Below, in pieces: positions 1 through 10,620 of a DNA stretch of 32,294 nt. A program made the translations under genes and the position numbers. The stretch's first letter is position 1, and every line of letters starts with the position of its first letter. The notes beneath the pieces are model-generated. The model saw nothing but the letters and a program-made list of their open reading frames with translations, was not told the DNA's origin and made no database searches. Origin of the DNA: Octopus bimaculoides (lineage: Eukaryota); NCBI RefSeq assembly GCF_001194135.2, contig NC_068986.1:9960727-9993020 (forward strand). Reading direction: 5' to 3'.

Positions 1-694
1 TATATATATATATATATATTTCCGTTTTCAAGTTCCAAGGACTTTCAGTTTGTCACACATCGAACATTTTGCTGTTTTTTTTCTCTCTAAATATATTATA
101 AACGATTAGATGTTTCTAAAACAGAAATTATACTTCTTTCTCTAATTGTACTTTTTCTCCGACTCTCGTTCGATTTCGTTACATATAAATTCAGTTTACG
201 TATTAAACCGGTCTCATACAGCTGGTCAAACTCTTCGAGCGCCCTGGTACCCGTCTCGGTTCAACGTCTCCCAAGGAATGCATGAATATTTAACAACTTG
301 TAGATTTTTCCACCTATAATTTCATTTTATCTGATTCGGCCAGATGTAAGTATTTCTTTTAATTTCCCCACCACCCATGTTATTGAAATCATCTAGCCTT
401 CAATTTCTCCGGGGTTACTAAAATAAATACTATTCATTTCATTAAACCTGTTTGAATTATCTCTAGTAAAGGGGAAGAGGACCGATTTGACAGAAAATGA
501 ACAATTATCATTCCGAAAATGAACAATTATTTTTGCTGCTGTTTTTGTCACAGCTGTTGTTCGCTGCTGTCCGGGAAAAATGATAAGGCAGAATTACACT
601 TTGATGCCCCGTTCCGAATTAGCTTCCTCATAACTTTTTAAATAATTTATATTTAATGAAATGTTTGCAGAACTACATTTTCAAAGGTATAGAG

Positions 695-790
695 TCGAAG
701 GCAAAGAATACGTACACCCGGTGCTTATGATTAGGGGTTAGGGTTTTTGTTACGCTGAAAACCGGTTGTGTACGTATTCTTTACCTCCGA
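695..790. mobile_element. Small palindromic MITE-like element with central TTAGGGGTTAGGG
   Basis: Arms TCGAAGGCAAAGAATACGTACACCCGG (695-721) and CCGGTTGTGTACGTATTCTTTACCTCCGA (761-790) are reverse complements apart from 2 mismatches and a small indel. No clear TSD. Confidence 0.55.
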
Positions 791-976
791 CAATATAGAT
801 TACGATTTTGCTGAGGAAAATGTTTTTGTTTTTTTTTTAAATCGCAGTTGATATCCTTTTAAACCGTTCTAATAGGCGCAGGCGTTAGTTGTGTGGTAAG
901 AAGTTTGCTTCCCAACCCCATGGTTCCGAGTTCATTCCCAGTGTGTGACACTTTGGGCAAGTGCCTTCTACTATAG

Positions 977-1813
977 TAGTGGTTCTCAAATTTTTTACTG
1001 TCAAGGACCCCATTTATTTAAATGAGTTTTCTCACGGATTCCTTTTTATAATACCTATTCTTATAATATATATATACATACAAGTCGTCATCAACTTGCG
1101 ATCAATCTGACTTACAGCCAATAGACTTTATACGACGATTGGCGCGCCAGCTCCTGGCAGCAATAATAAATAGTCCAGTTGAAATCTAATGGGTTTCTTA
1201 GAAATTAACCCGTCTACGGATGATGTCGTCTGACAAACGCTTCCCCTAGGTTTGGTTATCGATCGCCACTGTGGTTATTCCAAGTGTTGGATTACTATCC
1301 TATTGCGGAGGCATCGAGGCAACCTCGTATTTGTTTATAAGACGACTGCTTGAGATTCCGGAATTTTTTACTAACGCCAGTATAATACAGAATGCTTTGT
1401 GTGACTTTTACCTGAGAATGTACTTTAAGAATGTAAAAATATAAAACAAAGCCATGTAGACCTAGAAGCCGACTTACGGCCAGTCAACCGGAGCCAATTG
1501 TGGTCGTAAGTCGACGACGACCTGTGTGTGTGTATGTATATATATATATATGTCAGTTAACATTGCAATTTACATTATATTTGTGCCCTATGAACAAGTA
1601 TTTATACCTGTATATATATATATATATTGACCGTTGACTGAACACTATTCAATTTTTTTTCTCCGTGTTTTTCTCCTTGTCTCCGTATTCTTTCTGTTGA
1701 AGAGCGTAGCTCGAAACGTCAAAGACTTTCCGTATTCCCGAGCGTCATACTAATATATACTTTTGTTATTTACACCACCTGTCCTCGTCTGTTGTTATTT
1801 TTTGTATATTCTC

Positions 1814-1859
<46 letters not shown>

Positions 1860-1935
1860 ATATATGTATGAAATTTTGAATTTAGTTCACGGGCCCCTAG
1901 TACTACCTTTGCAGACCACTGGTTGGGATCCACTA
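977..1935. mobile_element. Non-autonomous hAT-type DNA transposon (959 bp, composite interior)
   Basis: TIRs TAGTGGTTCTCAA / TTGGGATCCACTA (11/13 match) and a perfect 8-bp TSD TACTATAG (969-976, 1936-1943). The right end matches the MITE at 2773-2934 in reverse. No transposase ORF seen. Confidence 0.85.
1640..1815 (+). mobile_element. Penelope-like/retrozyme-like repeat fragment with a hammerhead-type motif
   Basis: TCTTT-CTGTTGA-A-GAGCGTAGCTC-GAAAC-GTC-AAAGA at 1689-1725. A diverged antisense relative of the downstream part lies at ~16075-16150. Confidence 0.5.
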
Positions 1936-2772
1936 TACTATAGCCTGCGACCGACCAAAGCCTTGTGAATGGATTTGATAGACAGAAACTGAAAGAAGCC
2001 CATCGTGTGTGTGTGTTTCCTACCACCGATTGACAACCGATGTTGGTGTGTTTATGTCCCCGTAACTTAGTGGTTCGATAAAAGAATAGGAATTTGTTAT
2101 TAATCATTGCACACCTTGAAACGCTGTAAACATTGTCTTCATTAATATCGTTCATTAAGAACATGAAATTAGAAGACACAAAAGGAAAAAGAAAAATCCC
2201 GTTTTGTGTTTAACCTACAATTATACAAAACGTAAGCTTTACTGACTACTTTCATTTCGTATTGATAATAATGATAACCGGGTTAATTCAGTTTTATTTT
2301 CTGTTGTGCAGTAATAATGTCAAGTTGGCGATCCTTGTGTGTCAGATTTCATTTTGTCAGTTAACATTGCAATTTACATGATATTTGTTGCCCTATGAAC
2401 AAGTATTTATACCAGTTTGTACTACAACTAAAGAATTTCTGAAACTTTGAAACAAATTTAAATAATTGTCCTTTACGAAACTTTCGGCCCCACAGTTACT
2501 TTGCAACTGCAGACGATTAAAAGTGAGAAGGTATATAGTCATGTTTTGATTTTCAGTTTCTGTAACCAAACCTATATACATACATATATGATTACTTGTC
2601 ACCAAAAATTAATATTATGTTACTGCTTGGTTGACGTTGAAAACGTACACATTTAATTTTATCGCTATAATTTCTCTTTCCGAATAAAAGTTGTATTTTT
2701 GCCTTCCAATCAAGATTTAGCTGTATACATTCAATATTTCATCTTTTAAAATTAAAATGTTATGGTTTATCC

Positions 2773-2934
2773 CGGTGGTTCCCAACCTGGGGTCGACGGA
2801 CCCCTTGTAGTCTGCAAAGGTAGTACTGCGGGTCCGTAAATTAAATTCAAAATTTCATATATACACATAAGGATAAGCATATTAAAAGGGGTCTGTGGAA
2901 AAACTGATTTGAATAAGAGCGTTGGAAACCACTG
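2773..2934. mobile_element. hAT-type MITE
   Basis: TIRs CGGTGGTTCCCAAC / GTTGGAAACCACTG. Degenerate 8-bp TSD gtttatcc / gtctctcc (6/8). Confidence 0.75.
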
Positions 2935-3085
2935 GTCTCTCCAGTTTAGTTCAGTATTTCAGTTTACAGATTAACTGTGAACTTTGGCAGCGGGAGTGAG
3001 GAGCGTGCGCTTGGAGTTAAGAAATTTTTAGAGTATTCTTTACAATTTGTTATTGTGCTGTTGCTTTGGAAACCACTATGTATAT

Positions 3086-3244
3086 ACAGGTGTGGCAAGA
3101 AACTTGCTTGCCAACCAAATGGTTCCAGTTTCACCTTGGGCTAGTGTCTTCTACTATAGCCTCGGGCTAACCAAAGCCTTGTGAGTAGATTTAGTAAACG
3201 GAATGAAAGAAACCCGTCGTATTTATATATATATATATATATAT
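3086..3244 (+). mobile_element. SINE family 1, 5' half running into (TA)n and an N-gap
   Basis: GTGGCAAGAAACTTGCTTGCCAACC..CTACTATAGCCTCGGGCTAACCAAAGCCTTGTGAG..GAAAGAAACCCGTCG, homologous to the other family-1 copies here. Confidence 0.8.
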
Positions 3245-3825
3245 NNNNNNNNNNNNNNNNNNNNNNNNNNNNNNNNNNNNNNNNNNNNNNNNNNNNNNNN
3301 NNNNNNNNNNNNNNNNNNNNNNNNNNNNNNNNNNNNNNNNNNNNNNNNNNNNNNNNNNNNNNNNNNNNNNNNNNNNNNNNNNNNNNNNNNNNNNNNNNNN
3401 NNNNNNNNNNNNNNNNNNNNNNNNNNNNNNNNNNNNNNNNNNNNNNNNNNNNNNNNNNNNNNNNNNNNNNNNNNNNNNNNNNNNNNNNNNNNNNNNNNNN
3501 NNNNNNNNNNNNNNNNNNNNNNNNNNNNNNNNNNNNNNNNNNNNNNNNNNNNNNNNNNNNNNNNNNNNNNNNNNNNNNNNNNNNNNNNNNNNNNNNNNNN
3601 NNNNNNNNNNNNNNNNNNNNNNNNNNNNNNNNNNNNNNNNNNNNNNNNNNNNNNNNNNNNNNNNNNNNNNNNNNNNNNNNNNNNNNNNNNNNNNNNNNNN
3701 NNNNNNNNNNNNNNNNNNNNNNNNNNNNNNNNNNNNNNNNNNNNNNNNNNNNNNNNNNNNNNNNNNNNNNNNNNNNNNNNNNNNNNNNNNNNNNNNNNNN
3801 NNNNNNNNNNNNNNNNNNNNNNNNN

Positions 3826-3858
<33 letters not shown>

Positions 3859-4529
3859 TGTATAATATAGATTTAATCAAAAGATTAAATGTGGTACTTA
3901 AAATGTTTGTGGCACCAGAATTTGGTAGGGTAAAATCCAAAAACAAAATCAAGAGATGAGGTGACATATATATATTGATGTGAGGTGATACTTTCATTTC
4001 CCCTTAGCCCTCACGTCACACAGTTGTTAATGTTTGTGTTGGGTCACGCTCTTCCAATTCCTATAGATCCGTAATGCATCTTACGGCTGTGCCTGTCACC
4101 TGTATGGTGAGGAATCCTACATTGGGGAGTAGTAACGACTACGGTAGGGTAGCTGACTGTTTATTGTGATCATTCATCATTTGGTTTCCTGTAGTTTTGC
4201 TCTCTTTTACAAACGCAGTGAACATATATTTCCTATTTCAAAGAAATTCGAACAATACATATAAGACCCAAGTTAAAAAGATTCTCAACAATTCAACTTC
4301 TCTAGTTGACATTAAGACACCCCAATAGGGGCCCTAACTCCCACATTTTAGAGCTCCATGACCTCCATTTTTGAGGAGCCAAATCCTTTTAACAGGTTCG
4401 ATAAGACTGGAATTTTGGATTCTGCGCATAAAGATCAGTAGTATGGGATACATGTGTCATGATTAGAAGTTTTTTAGGGTGTGTAAAGAGGGAAAGAACC
4501 CTCATCTGCAATTTTGAGGNNNNNNNNNN

Positions 4530-4710
4530 TTTGTCTCCCCCCCCCCATTCGCTTGACAACCGATGTTGGTGTGTTTACGTCTCCATAACTTAGTAGAATA
4601 AGAGACCGATAGAATAAGTACTGGGCTTACAAAAGAATAAGTTTTTAAGTTGATTTCTTCGACGAAAGGCGGTGCTCCAGCGTGGCCACAGTCAAATGAC
4701 TGAAACAAAA
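4530..4710 (+). mobile_element. SINE family 1, 3' half
   Basis: GCTTGACAACCGATGTTGGTGTGTTTACG..GACCGATAGAATAAGTAC..GGCGGTGCTCCAGCGTGGCCACAGTCAAATGACTGAAAC, matching the tail of 26585-26985. Confidence 0.8.
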
Positions 4711-5204
4711 CAATATATATGTATATTTATATACCAGCAGAAAGACCGCCCTCCGAGCGGTTTTCTGCTAGTCCCTTGATATATTTTCACATGTCTAATT
4801 ATTTCTTTGTATAATAGTACTCATTTGTTTAGCAAGTATTGCCTTCATTATTTTTTATCACAGCCATAATCTCTCTTTTTTAAACAAACATCACGGTAGT
4901 CCAACAACAGAGGGGGAAGCAGTTTATCAAGTTTTACCTTCCCCTCAAATCAACATAGAGATTTCAATTAAGCAGCACTTCTGTAAACTCTGCAGTGTGT
5001 GTGTGTGTGTGAGAGAAAGAGAGAGGGGGGGGGGAGAGAACAATGAACGAAATAAACATGAAATGAAGAAAATCGTGTAAATAAGAGGACATTACTACAG
5101 ATATATACGCTCCTGACTGTGTTGCCTCATGACATCCAGGAAGATGGATACTTTTAACAAAACTTTATGCAAATACTGCTTAGATGTTGTGGCTTCAGAG
5201 TACA

Positions 5205-5295
5205 TGGGGATTTATGAGAAAGAATTTTTCTAGGGGTGGAGAGAGGAATTTTGGAAAATTCACATGATCTTTTTTCTCTCATGACTTTCAGGAAG
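5205..5295 (+). repeat. Isolated fragment of the ~160-bp foldback subunit
   Basis: GAGAGGAATTTTGGAAAATTCACATGATC..TTTTCTCTCATGACTTTCAGGAA resembles GAGGACTTCGGAAAATTCACAAGATCCGAGTTTTTCTCTCATAACTTTTAGGAA at 9126-9178. Confidence 0.55.
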
Positions 5296-6009
5296 GTGGG
5301 TATCTTTTAACGNNNNNNNNNNNNNNNNNNNNNNNNNNNNNNNNNNNNNNNNNNNNNNNNNNNNNNNNNNNNNNNNNNNNNNNNNNNNNNNNNNNNNNNN
5401 NNNNNNNNNNNNNNNNNNNNNNNNNNNNNNNNNNNNNNNNNNNNNNNNNNNNNNNNNNNNNNNNNNNNNNNNNNNNNNNNNNNNNNNNNNNNNNNNNNNN
5501 NNNNNNNNNNNNNNNNNNNNNNNNNNNNNNNNNNNNNNNNNNNNNNNNNNNNNNNNNNNNNNNNNNNNNNNNNNNNNNNNNNNNNNNNNNNNNNNNNNNN
5601 NNNNNNNNNNNNNNNNNNNNNNNNNNNNNNNNNNNNNNNNNNNNNNNNNNNNNNNNNNNNNNNNNNNNNNNNNNNNNNNNNNNNNNNNNNNNNNNNNNNN
5701 NNNNNNNNNNNNNNNNNNNNNNNNNNNNTTTTAATTGATATTTTCTTAATATTTTCAAAGAGAAAAGTGATTTAAGGGTGATTTGGCTGTTGCAACCCCA
5801 CTCCCTGCCTCCGATTGTTTCTGTTTAGAAATTAAAATATTGGAGAGCATGAGGTCATTGCTGGCATTTATCCACAGTGACTCAAAAAAAATTACGGAGG
5901 TGTACTTTCGTAGCAAGTGACTTGATCTGAGATCGTGTGCTGAAACAAAAACAATTGCAGCGTAGACGCTTTAAGCCATTCAAGAACACACAAAAACCGT
6001 TAGTTTCAC

Positions 6010-6187
6010 GGCACTACTTAAATACAGAGGTCCCGGTGCATCGACGTAGCGATATGAAGCGGGGGCGGGTTAGTTTTTGGGGTTAGGGTGTCATTACACG
6101 CCCACACAGCGTACATTTAAAATGCTTTGTACGTGACACCTGTATTTAATTAGTACCGTTAAGGGACCTCTGTATTTAAGTGGTACC
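6010..6187. mobile_element. hAT-like MITE (178 bp) inserted into an older repeat
   Basis: 25-bp TIRs GGCACTACTTAAATACAGAGGTCCC / GGGACCTCTGTATTTAAGTGGTACC (2 mismatches). 8-bp TSD agtttcac / tgtttcac (7/8). Interior contains GGGGTTAGGG. Confidence 0.75.
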
Positions 6188-7119
6188 TGTTTCACTTCAG
6201 CACTAAAATTTCATTTGTGTCAAAATATTTTCTTCGCTTTGAAACCGCGACCTGTTCACTGACAAAGCATTGCAAAAGTAATGCAGCACGAAGTTTTTGT
6301 CAGCCCTCAGCAAACACACACACACACACACACGCACACACATTCATTGCCTTTCATTTGTGTGTATGTGTATCTATGTGTGTGAGTGTGTCACTGTTGA
6401 AGTCGCTCGTGCAACTTGTTTGTGTATATATTTGGGTTAGTGATACAGTGTTTGGAAACTGTGAATAAGGTGCAAGTTTCGAGTACTTATCGGTAACTTT
6501 TTTTCTCGTCTTCTAATAGTAATTACCTAACTTTCTAGGCTTTTCTCACAGCTATCCCGCGTTCAAAAATTATACGGGTATTTAAAAATTTTTCATTCAA
6601 TAAATGGTAAATTACGTATACATTAATAAAATAAACTTTCGGTTTTCCAAACAGCGAATGAAAACAAGCAATTCAACCAAAAAAATATCTTTAGAAATTA
6701 AAAAAAGAGAAAAAGATTACGGAAATTGGTGAACAAATAACTTCATTTTTGATTGATTTTCTCTGAAAGATTGCAATTTTGCCAGCCGCCATACGTTGTT
6801 CCTTTGATTACTGATTGAATGAAAGCAGAGAGGGAGAGAAAAGAAAAAAAAAGGCGGAAAATCTTCAACATGATCTTCATTTGCATCTTTGAAAATGTAT
6901 CGGAAAAATTTCAGTAATTCAATACAAATTATCAAAAGAATTATGAACTAACGTTAGTGGTGCACCAAAATGTAGCTATACCCTAATAAAATTTCGGTTA
7001 ATTTTAATTACTAGTTTCGATTTCAAGTTGTAAATATTTCTTTGCGACAAGTTGGCGCTCGGCGTTCTGCTGCTGCCACTACAAAGTTGATCCTTGTAGC
7101 AAAATGAAATAATAATAAT

Positions 7120-7487
7120 ATTAGTTTCCAATTTTGGCCCAAGGCCAGCAATTTCAGTGGATTGGGAGCGAGTCATTTATGTCGAGCCGAAGTGCCCGAC
7201 CGGTACTTAATTTATCGACCCCGAAAGGATGAAAGGTAAAGTCGACTTCGGTGGAATTTGATGATGATGATAATAATAATAATCCTTTCTACTATAGACA
7301 AGGCCTCAAACGTTTTTGGCGGGGAAGGGTTAAATCGATTACATCAACCGGTACTTATTTTACCGACCCCGGAAGGATAAAAGACAAAGTCGACCTTGGC
7401 GGAATTTGAACCCAGGATGTAAAGACGGAGGAACTCCCGCTAAGCATTTTGCCTGGCGTGCTAACATTTCTGCCAGCTCGCCGTCTT
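7120..7487 (-). mobile_element. Two tandem copies of tRNA-derived SINE family 2
   Basis: Both carry (minus strand) CAAATTCC.CCGAAGTCGACTTT.CCTTTCATCC..GGGGTCGATAAA..AAGTACC with (TAA)n/(GAT)n tails. The second keeps the head GGCGAGCTGGCAGAA..GTTAGCACGCC. Confidence 0.8.
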
Positions 7488-7819
7488 ACCACTTATAATG
7501 GTGATAATAATGCTGTTGCTTCACGGTATATTATTTGTGTATATCTAATATGAACTAGTATGCTAGTGTGTTGCGTAAGTGCGCTGGCATTTTGCCTAAC
7601 CGAGCAGCTATTTGTGTATTTTGTGTAGGTTTCATAATTATGCTACCATCTCGATCGTAGTAGCTACAGTAATCTCTTCTGTCTATTAAACCAAAGAGTA
7701 CCTACTTCTCTTATAACTGGGTTTCATTCAATTTTTTTGTTGTTTTTTTTGCTTTCCCCTTTATTTCTATTGTATTTTCTACTTGCCCTGTATTTGTTAT
7801 AGACCTGTAGATTGTTATT

Positions 7820-7987
7820 ATGCAACTTCGTCAAGTACGAACTTGTTCTGGTGCCGTTGGTTACAGTGGAAGACGGGAGAAATACCTCGTTCCAAAATAT
7901 ACTCTCGAATATATAAGTACATATTGCTTCTTCTGGCTGGTATTGCGGCTGCAGACTCAGAAACGAGATCGACAAAACAAAATATAA
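7820..7987 (+). CDS. Candidate small exon/ORF (55 aa, MQLRQVRTCSGAVGYSGRREKYLVPKYTLEYI...), unverified
   Basis: Long pyrimidine-rich tract (7725-7800), then tandem AG acceptors (ttatAG|acctgtAG|), then ATG 7820 to TAA 7987 in apparently non-repetitive sequence. No recognised homology. Confidence 0.2.
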   Translation: MQLRQVRTCSGAVGYSGRREKYLVPKYTLEYISTYCFFWLVLRLQTQKRDRQNKI

Positions 7988-8031
7988 ACAGGGAAACAAA
8001 TACACACACACACACACACATTTGGAGGAAC

Positions 8032-8093
<62 letters not shown>

Positions 8094-8188
8094 TTCCTTC
8101 TCTCTCTTACACACACATATGGCCTGTCGTGAAAGAGACAGAGAAAGCGCGATTGAATCAGGGAAATTCTTTTGAAGTTGGCGTGCGC

Positions 8189-8221
<33 letters not shown>

Positions 8222-8299
8222 GTGTGTGTGAGAGAGAAAGAGAGGTTAGGTGTATATATATATATATATGTATGTGTATGTATATATATATATGTATGT
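8032..8299. repeat. Compound microsatellites (CTGT)n, (CT)n, (GT)n, (TA)n
   Basis: Directly visible; they explain the low-complexity ORFs between 7724 and 8691. Confidence 0.9.
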
Positions 8300-8399
8300 N
8301 NNNNNNNNNNNNNNNNNNNNNNNNNNNNNNNNNNNNNNNNNNNNNNNNNNNNNNNNNNNNNNNNNNNNNNNNNNNNNNNNNNNNNNNNNNNNNNNNNNN

Positions 8400-8450
8400 C
8401 ATGTGGTTGGTAAGTAGGCTACTTACCACACAGCCACTCCTGCGCCTATA
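8400..8450 (-). mobile_element. SINE family 1 head (remainder in the N-gap)
   Basis: Reverse strand reads ATAGGCGCAGGAGTGGCTGTGTGGTAAGTAGCCTACTTACCAACCACATG. Confidence 0.75.
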
Positions 8451-8829
8451 CATACATAAACACACACATACATACACAAAAATACATGAAAACATAACCA
8501 AAAAAGATGTGTATTTGTGCAATTGTTTGTGTGTTTCACTATTCAAACTCGTTCGTGGACATGAAAGACAGTGTATGTTTGTGTGTGGAATAGGAGTGTG
8601 TTTCGTTGTTCAGTTCGCTCGTAGATGGCTTGTATTTATGTTCATGTATATTTGTGCATGTAAGTATATGTGCATGTATGTATATCATTAAAGAAATCAA
8701 AAAAAAAAAATGACTGAAATTACCAATTTTCATTTTCCCTTTGTTGATACTATCTTCGAAGGAACGCTCAACTGTATTCATAATTTAAAGAAATGACGCG
8801 ACATTTACGTTATCTAGATAAAAAGAAAA

Positions 8830-9218
8830 TTCGGTTAATGTTTACAACTTGCCCCGGAAAGGAAAATCAGAAAAAAAAAAATAGTGCAATGTGTGTAAAA
8901 AAAATTGTGTAGGAAACGAATATGAAAAAAAAAAAAATTGCGCGCAAAGTAACGAGAGGGTGGGGAGAGGACCTCGGAAAATTTTTAAAATCCGAGTTTT
9001 TTCCCTCGTAACTTTTAGGAAATTGTTTTTTTGTTTTTTTTTTTTCAATGAAATTTTATAGAAATACTTTTCAAACGGCATACATTACGATTATAAAGAA
9101 ATTTGTGGGGAAAATCTTTTCTACGGAGGACTTCGGAAAATTCACAAGATCCGAGTTTTTCTCTCATAACTTTTAGGAAAATTGGTTTTTTTTCAATGAT
9201 GTATATAGACGTATGTAT

Positions 9219-9277
<59 letters not shown>

Positions 9278-9969
9278 CTATCTATATATATATATATATA
9301 TATATATACAGACACACTGAGCGAGAGAAAGTAATAACGATGGAAGGGTTAAAACGTAAAAATAATTGAAGATAAAATGAAACAAAATTGAAGCCAAAAC
9401 ATTAAAAATTGAAAGGGGGTAGAAATAAACACTACGTAGTGTAGTAAGTACTACGCTCGGGTATCTGTGAAAAGTTGAATGTGATTTCGCAATATAACGA
9501 GGATAAATTCGGATCTTGGGAATTTTCCGAAAGCCCTCTCCCCACCTCAAAATTTTCCCTACAAATTACTTTATAATCGTAATGTATGCCGTTTGAAAGG
9601 TATTTAAACAAAATTTAAATTAAAAAAAAAAACACGAACAAGATCCCATTTTACTAACAATTACAAGGGAAAAACTCGGATCTTGTAAACTTTCCGAAGT
9701 CCTCTACCCACCCCCTTGGAAAAAATTTTCCCCACAAATTTCTTTATAATCGTAATGTATGCTGTTTGAAAATTATTTATAGTAAATTTCATTGAAAAAA
9801 AAACCCTATTTTCCTAAAAGTTATGAGGGGAAAAACTCGGATGTTGTGAATTTTCCGAGGTCATCTCCCCACCCTCTCGTTACTTTGCGCGCATGTTTTT
9901 TTTATTACACCCATTACACTATTTTTTTCTGATTTTCCTTTCCGGGTCAAGTTGTAAACATTAACCGAA
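8830..9969. mobile_element. Foldback-type element with long inverted arms made of ~160-bp tandem subunits
   Basis: Left end TTCGGTTAATGTTTACAACTTGCCCCGGAAAGGAAAATCAG is the reverse complement (1 mismatch) of right end CTGATTTTCCTTTCCGGGTCAAGTTGTAAACATTAACCGAA. Subunits start at ~8967 and 9126 (+) and ~9525, 9692, 9853 (-). The centre holds (CT)n(TATC)n(TA)n. Confidence 0.85.
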
Positions 9970-10317
9970 AAGGGTTTTGTTGATGCTATTGTATTCATTT
10001 ATCTTCTTTTTCTAATGTGACCCGTTAAAAAGAAAAACAAAACCAAAACGCATGAAATTTAAAATAATGCATATTGCGGAAAATAGTACAGAAACTTACG
10101 ACTTTGTCCAGAAGATATAAAATATAATATTTGTTTTGTAAACAATCTGCAAATGTAATATATACAAATTTATTCATAAATTAATGTATGCATATTTATT
10201 CACCGTTTTATTTTATTTATATTTAATTTTAATGTCGATTAGAAATATTAAGTTTACGATATTATCTTCATTTCCGTCATATTCTGATTGACAAAAGTCG
10301 GCTGCGATGTCCTGAAG

Positions 10318-10620
10318 GTTTTACTCTTTTACTCTTTTTACTCTTTTACTTGTTTCAGTCATTTGACTGCGGCCATGCTGGAGCACCGCCTTTAGTCGAG
10401 TAAATCGCCCCCAGGACTTATTCTTTGTAAGCCTAGTACTTATTCTATCGGTCTCTTTTTGCCGAACCGCTAAGTTACGGGGACGTAAACACACCAGCAT
10501 TGGTTGTCAAGCGATGGTGGGGGGGGACAAACACAGACACAAACACACACCCATATATATATATATATATATATACATATATACGACGGGCTTCTTTCAG
10601 TTTCCGTCTACCAAATCCAC
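10318..10620 (-). mobile_element. SINE family 1, well preserved, head in the N-gap
   Basis: Plus strand CTTTTACTTGTTTCAGTCATTTGACTGCGGCCATGCTGGAGCACCGCC...ACGACGGGCTTCTTTCAGTTTCCGTCTACCAAATCCAC, with tandem ACTCTTTT tail repeats. Confidence 0.9.

Larger units (their letters stand above)
875..2095 (+). mobile_element. tRNA-derived SINE (family 1), split by a hAT insertion
   Basis: Head GGCGCAGG..GTGTGGTAAGAAG..GGTTCCGAGTTCA..GGCAAGTGCCTTCTACTATAG (875-976) resumes at 1936 (TACTATAGCC..GACCAAAGCCTTGTGAATGGATTTG..GAAAGAAGCCC). Colinear with the intact copy at 26585-26985. Confidence 0.85.

Noticed and set aside
731-743. Interstitial telomere
   Set aside because: Only one or two TTAGGG units, inside a palindromic element.
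3181-3997. Long ORFs of 200-315 aa here and at 5288, 10500-11451, 21400-21773, 23973-24837, 27293-28052 and 30159-30453
   Set aside because: They are open only because N-runs translate as X; the flanking residues come from microsatellites or SINEs.
7724-8691. ORFs rich in ER/RE, CV, HT, YI repeats (also 12910-13178, 28097-28337, 29820-30134, 31687-32076)
   Set aside because: Translations of (GA)n, (GT)n, (CA)n, (TA)n and (TATC)n microsatellites.
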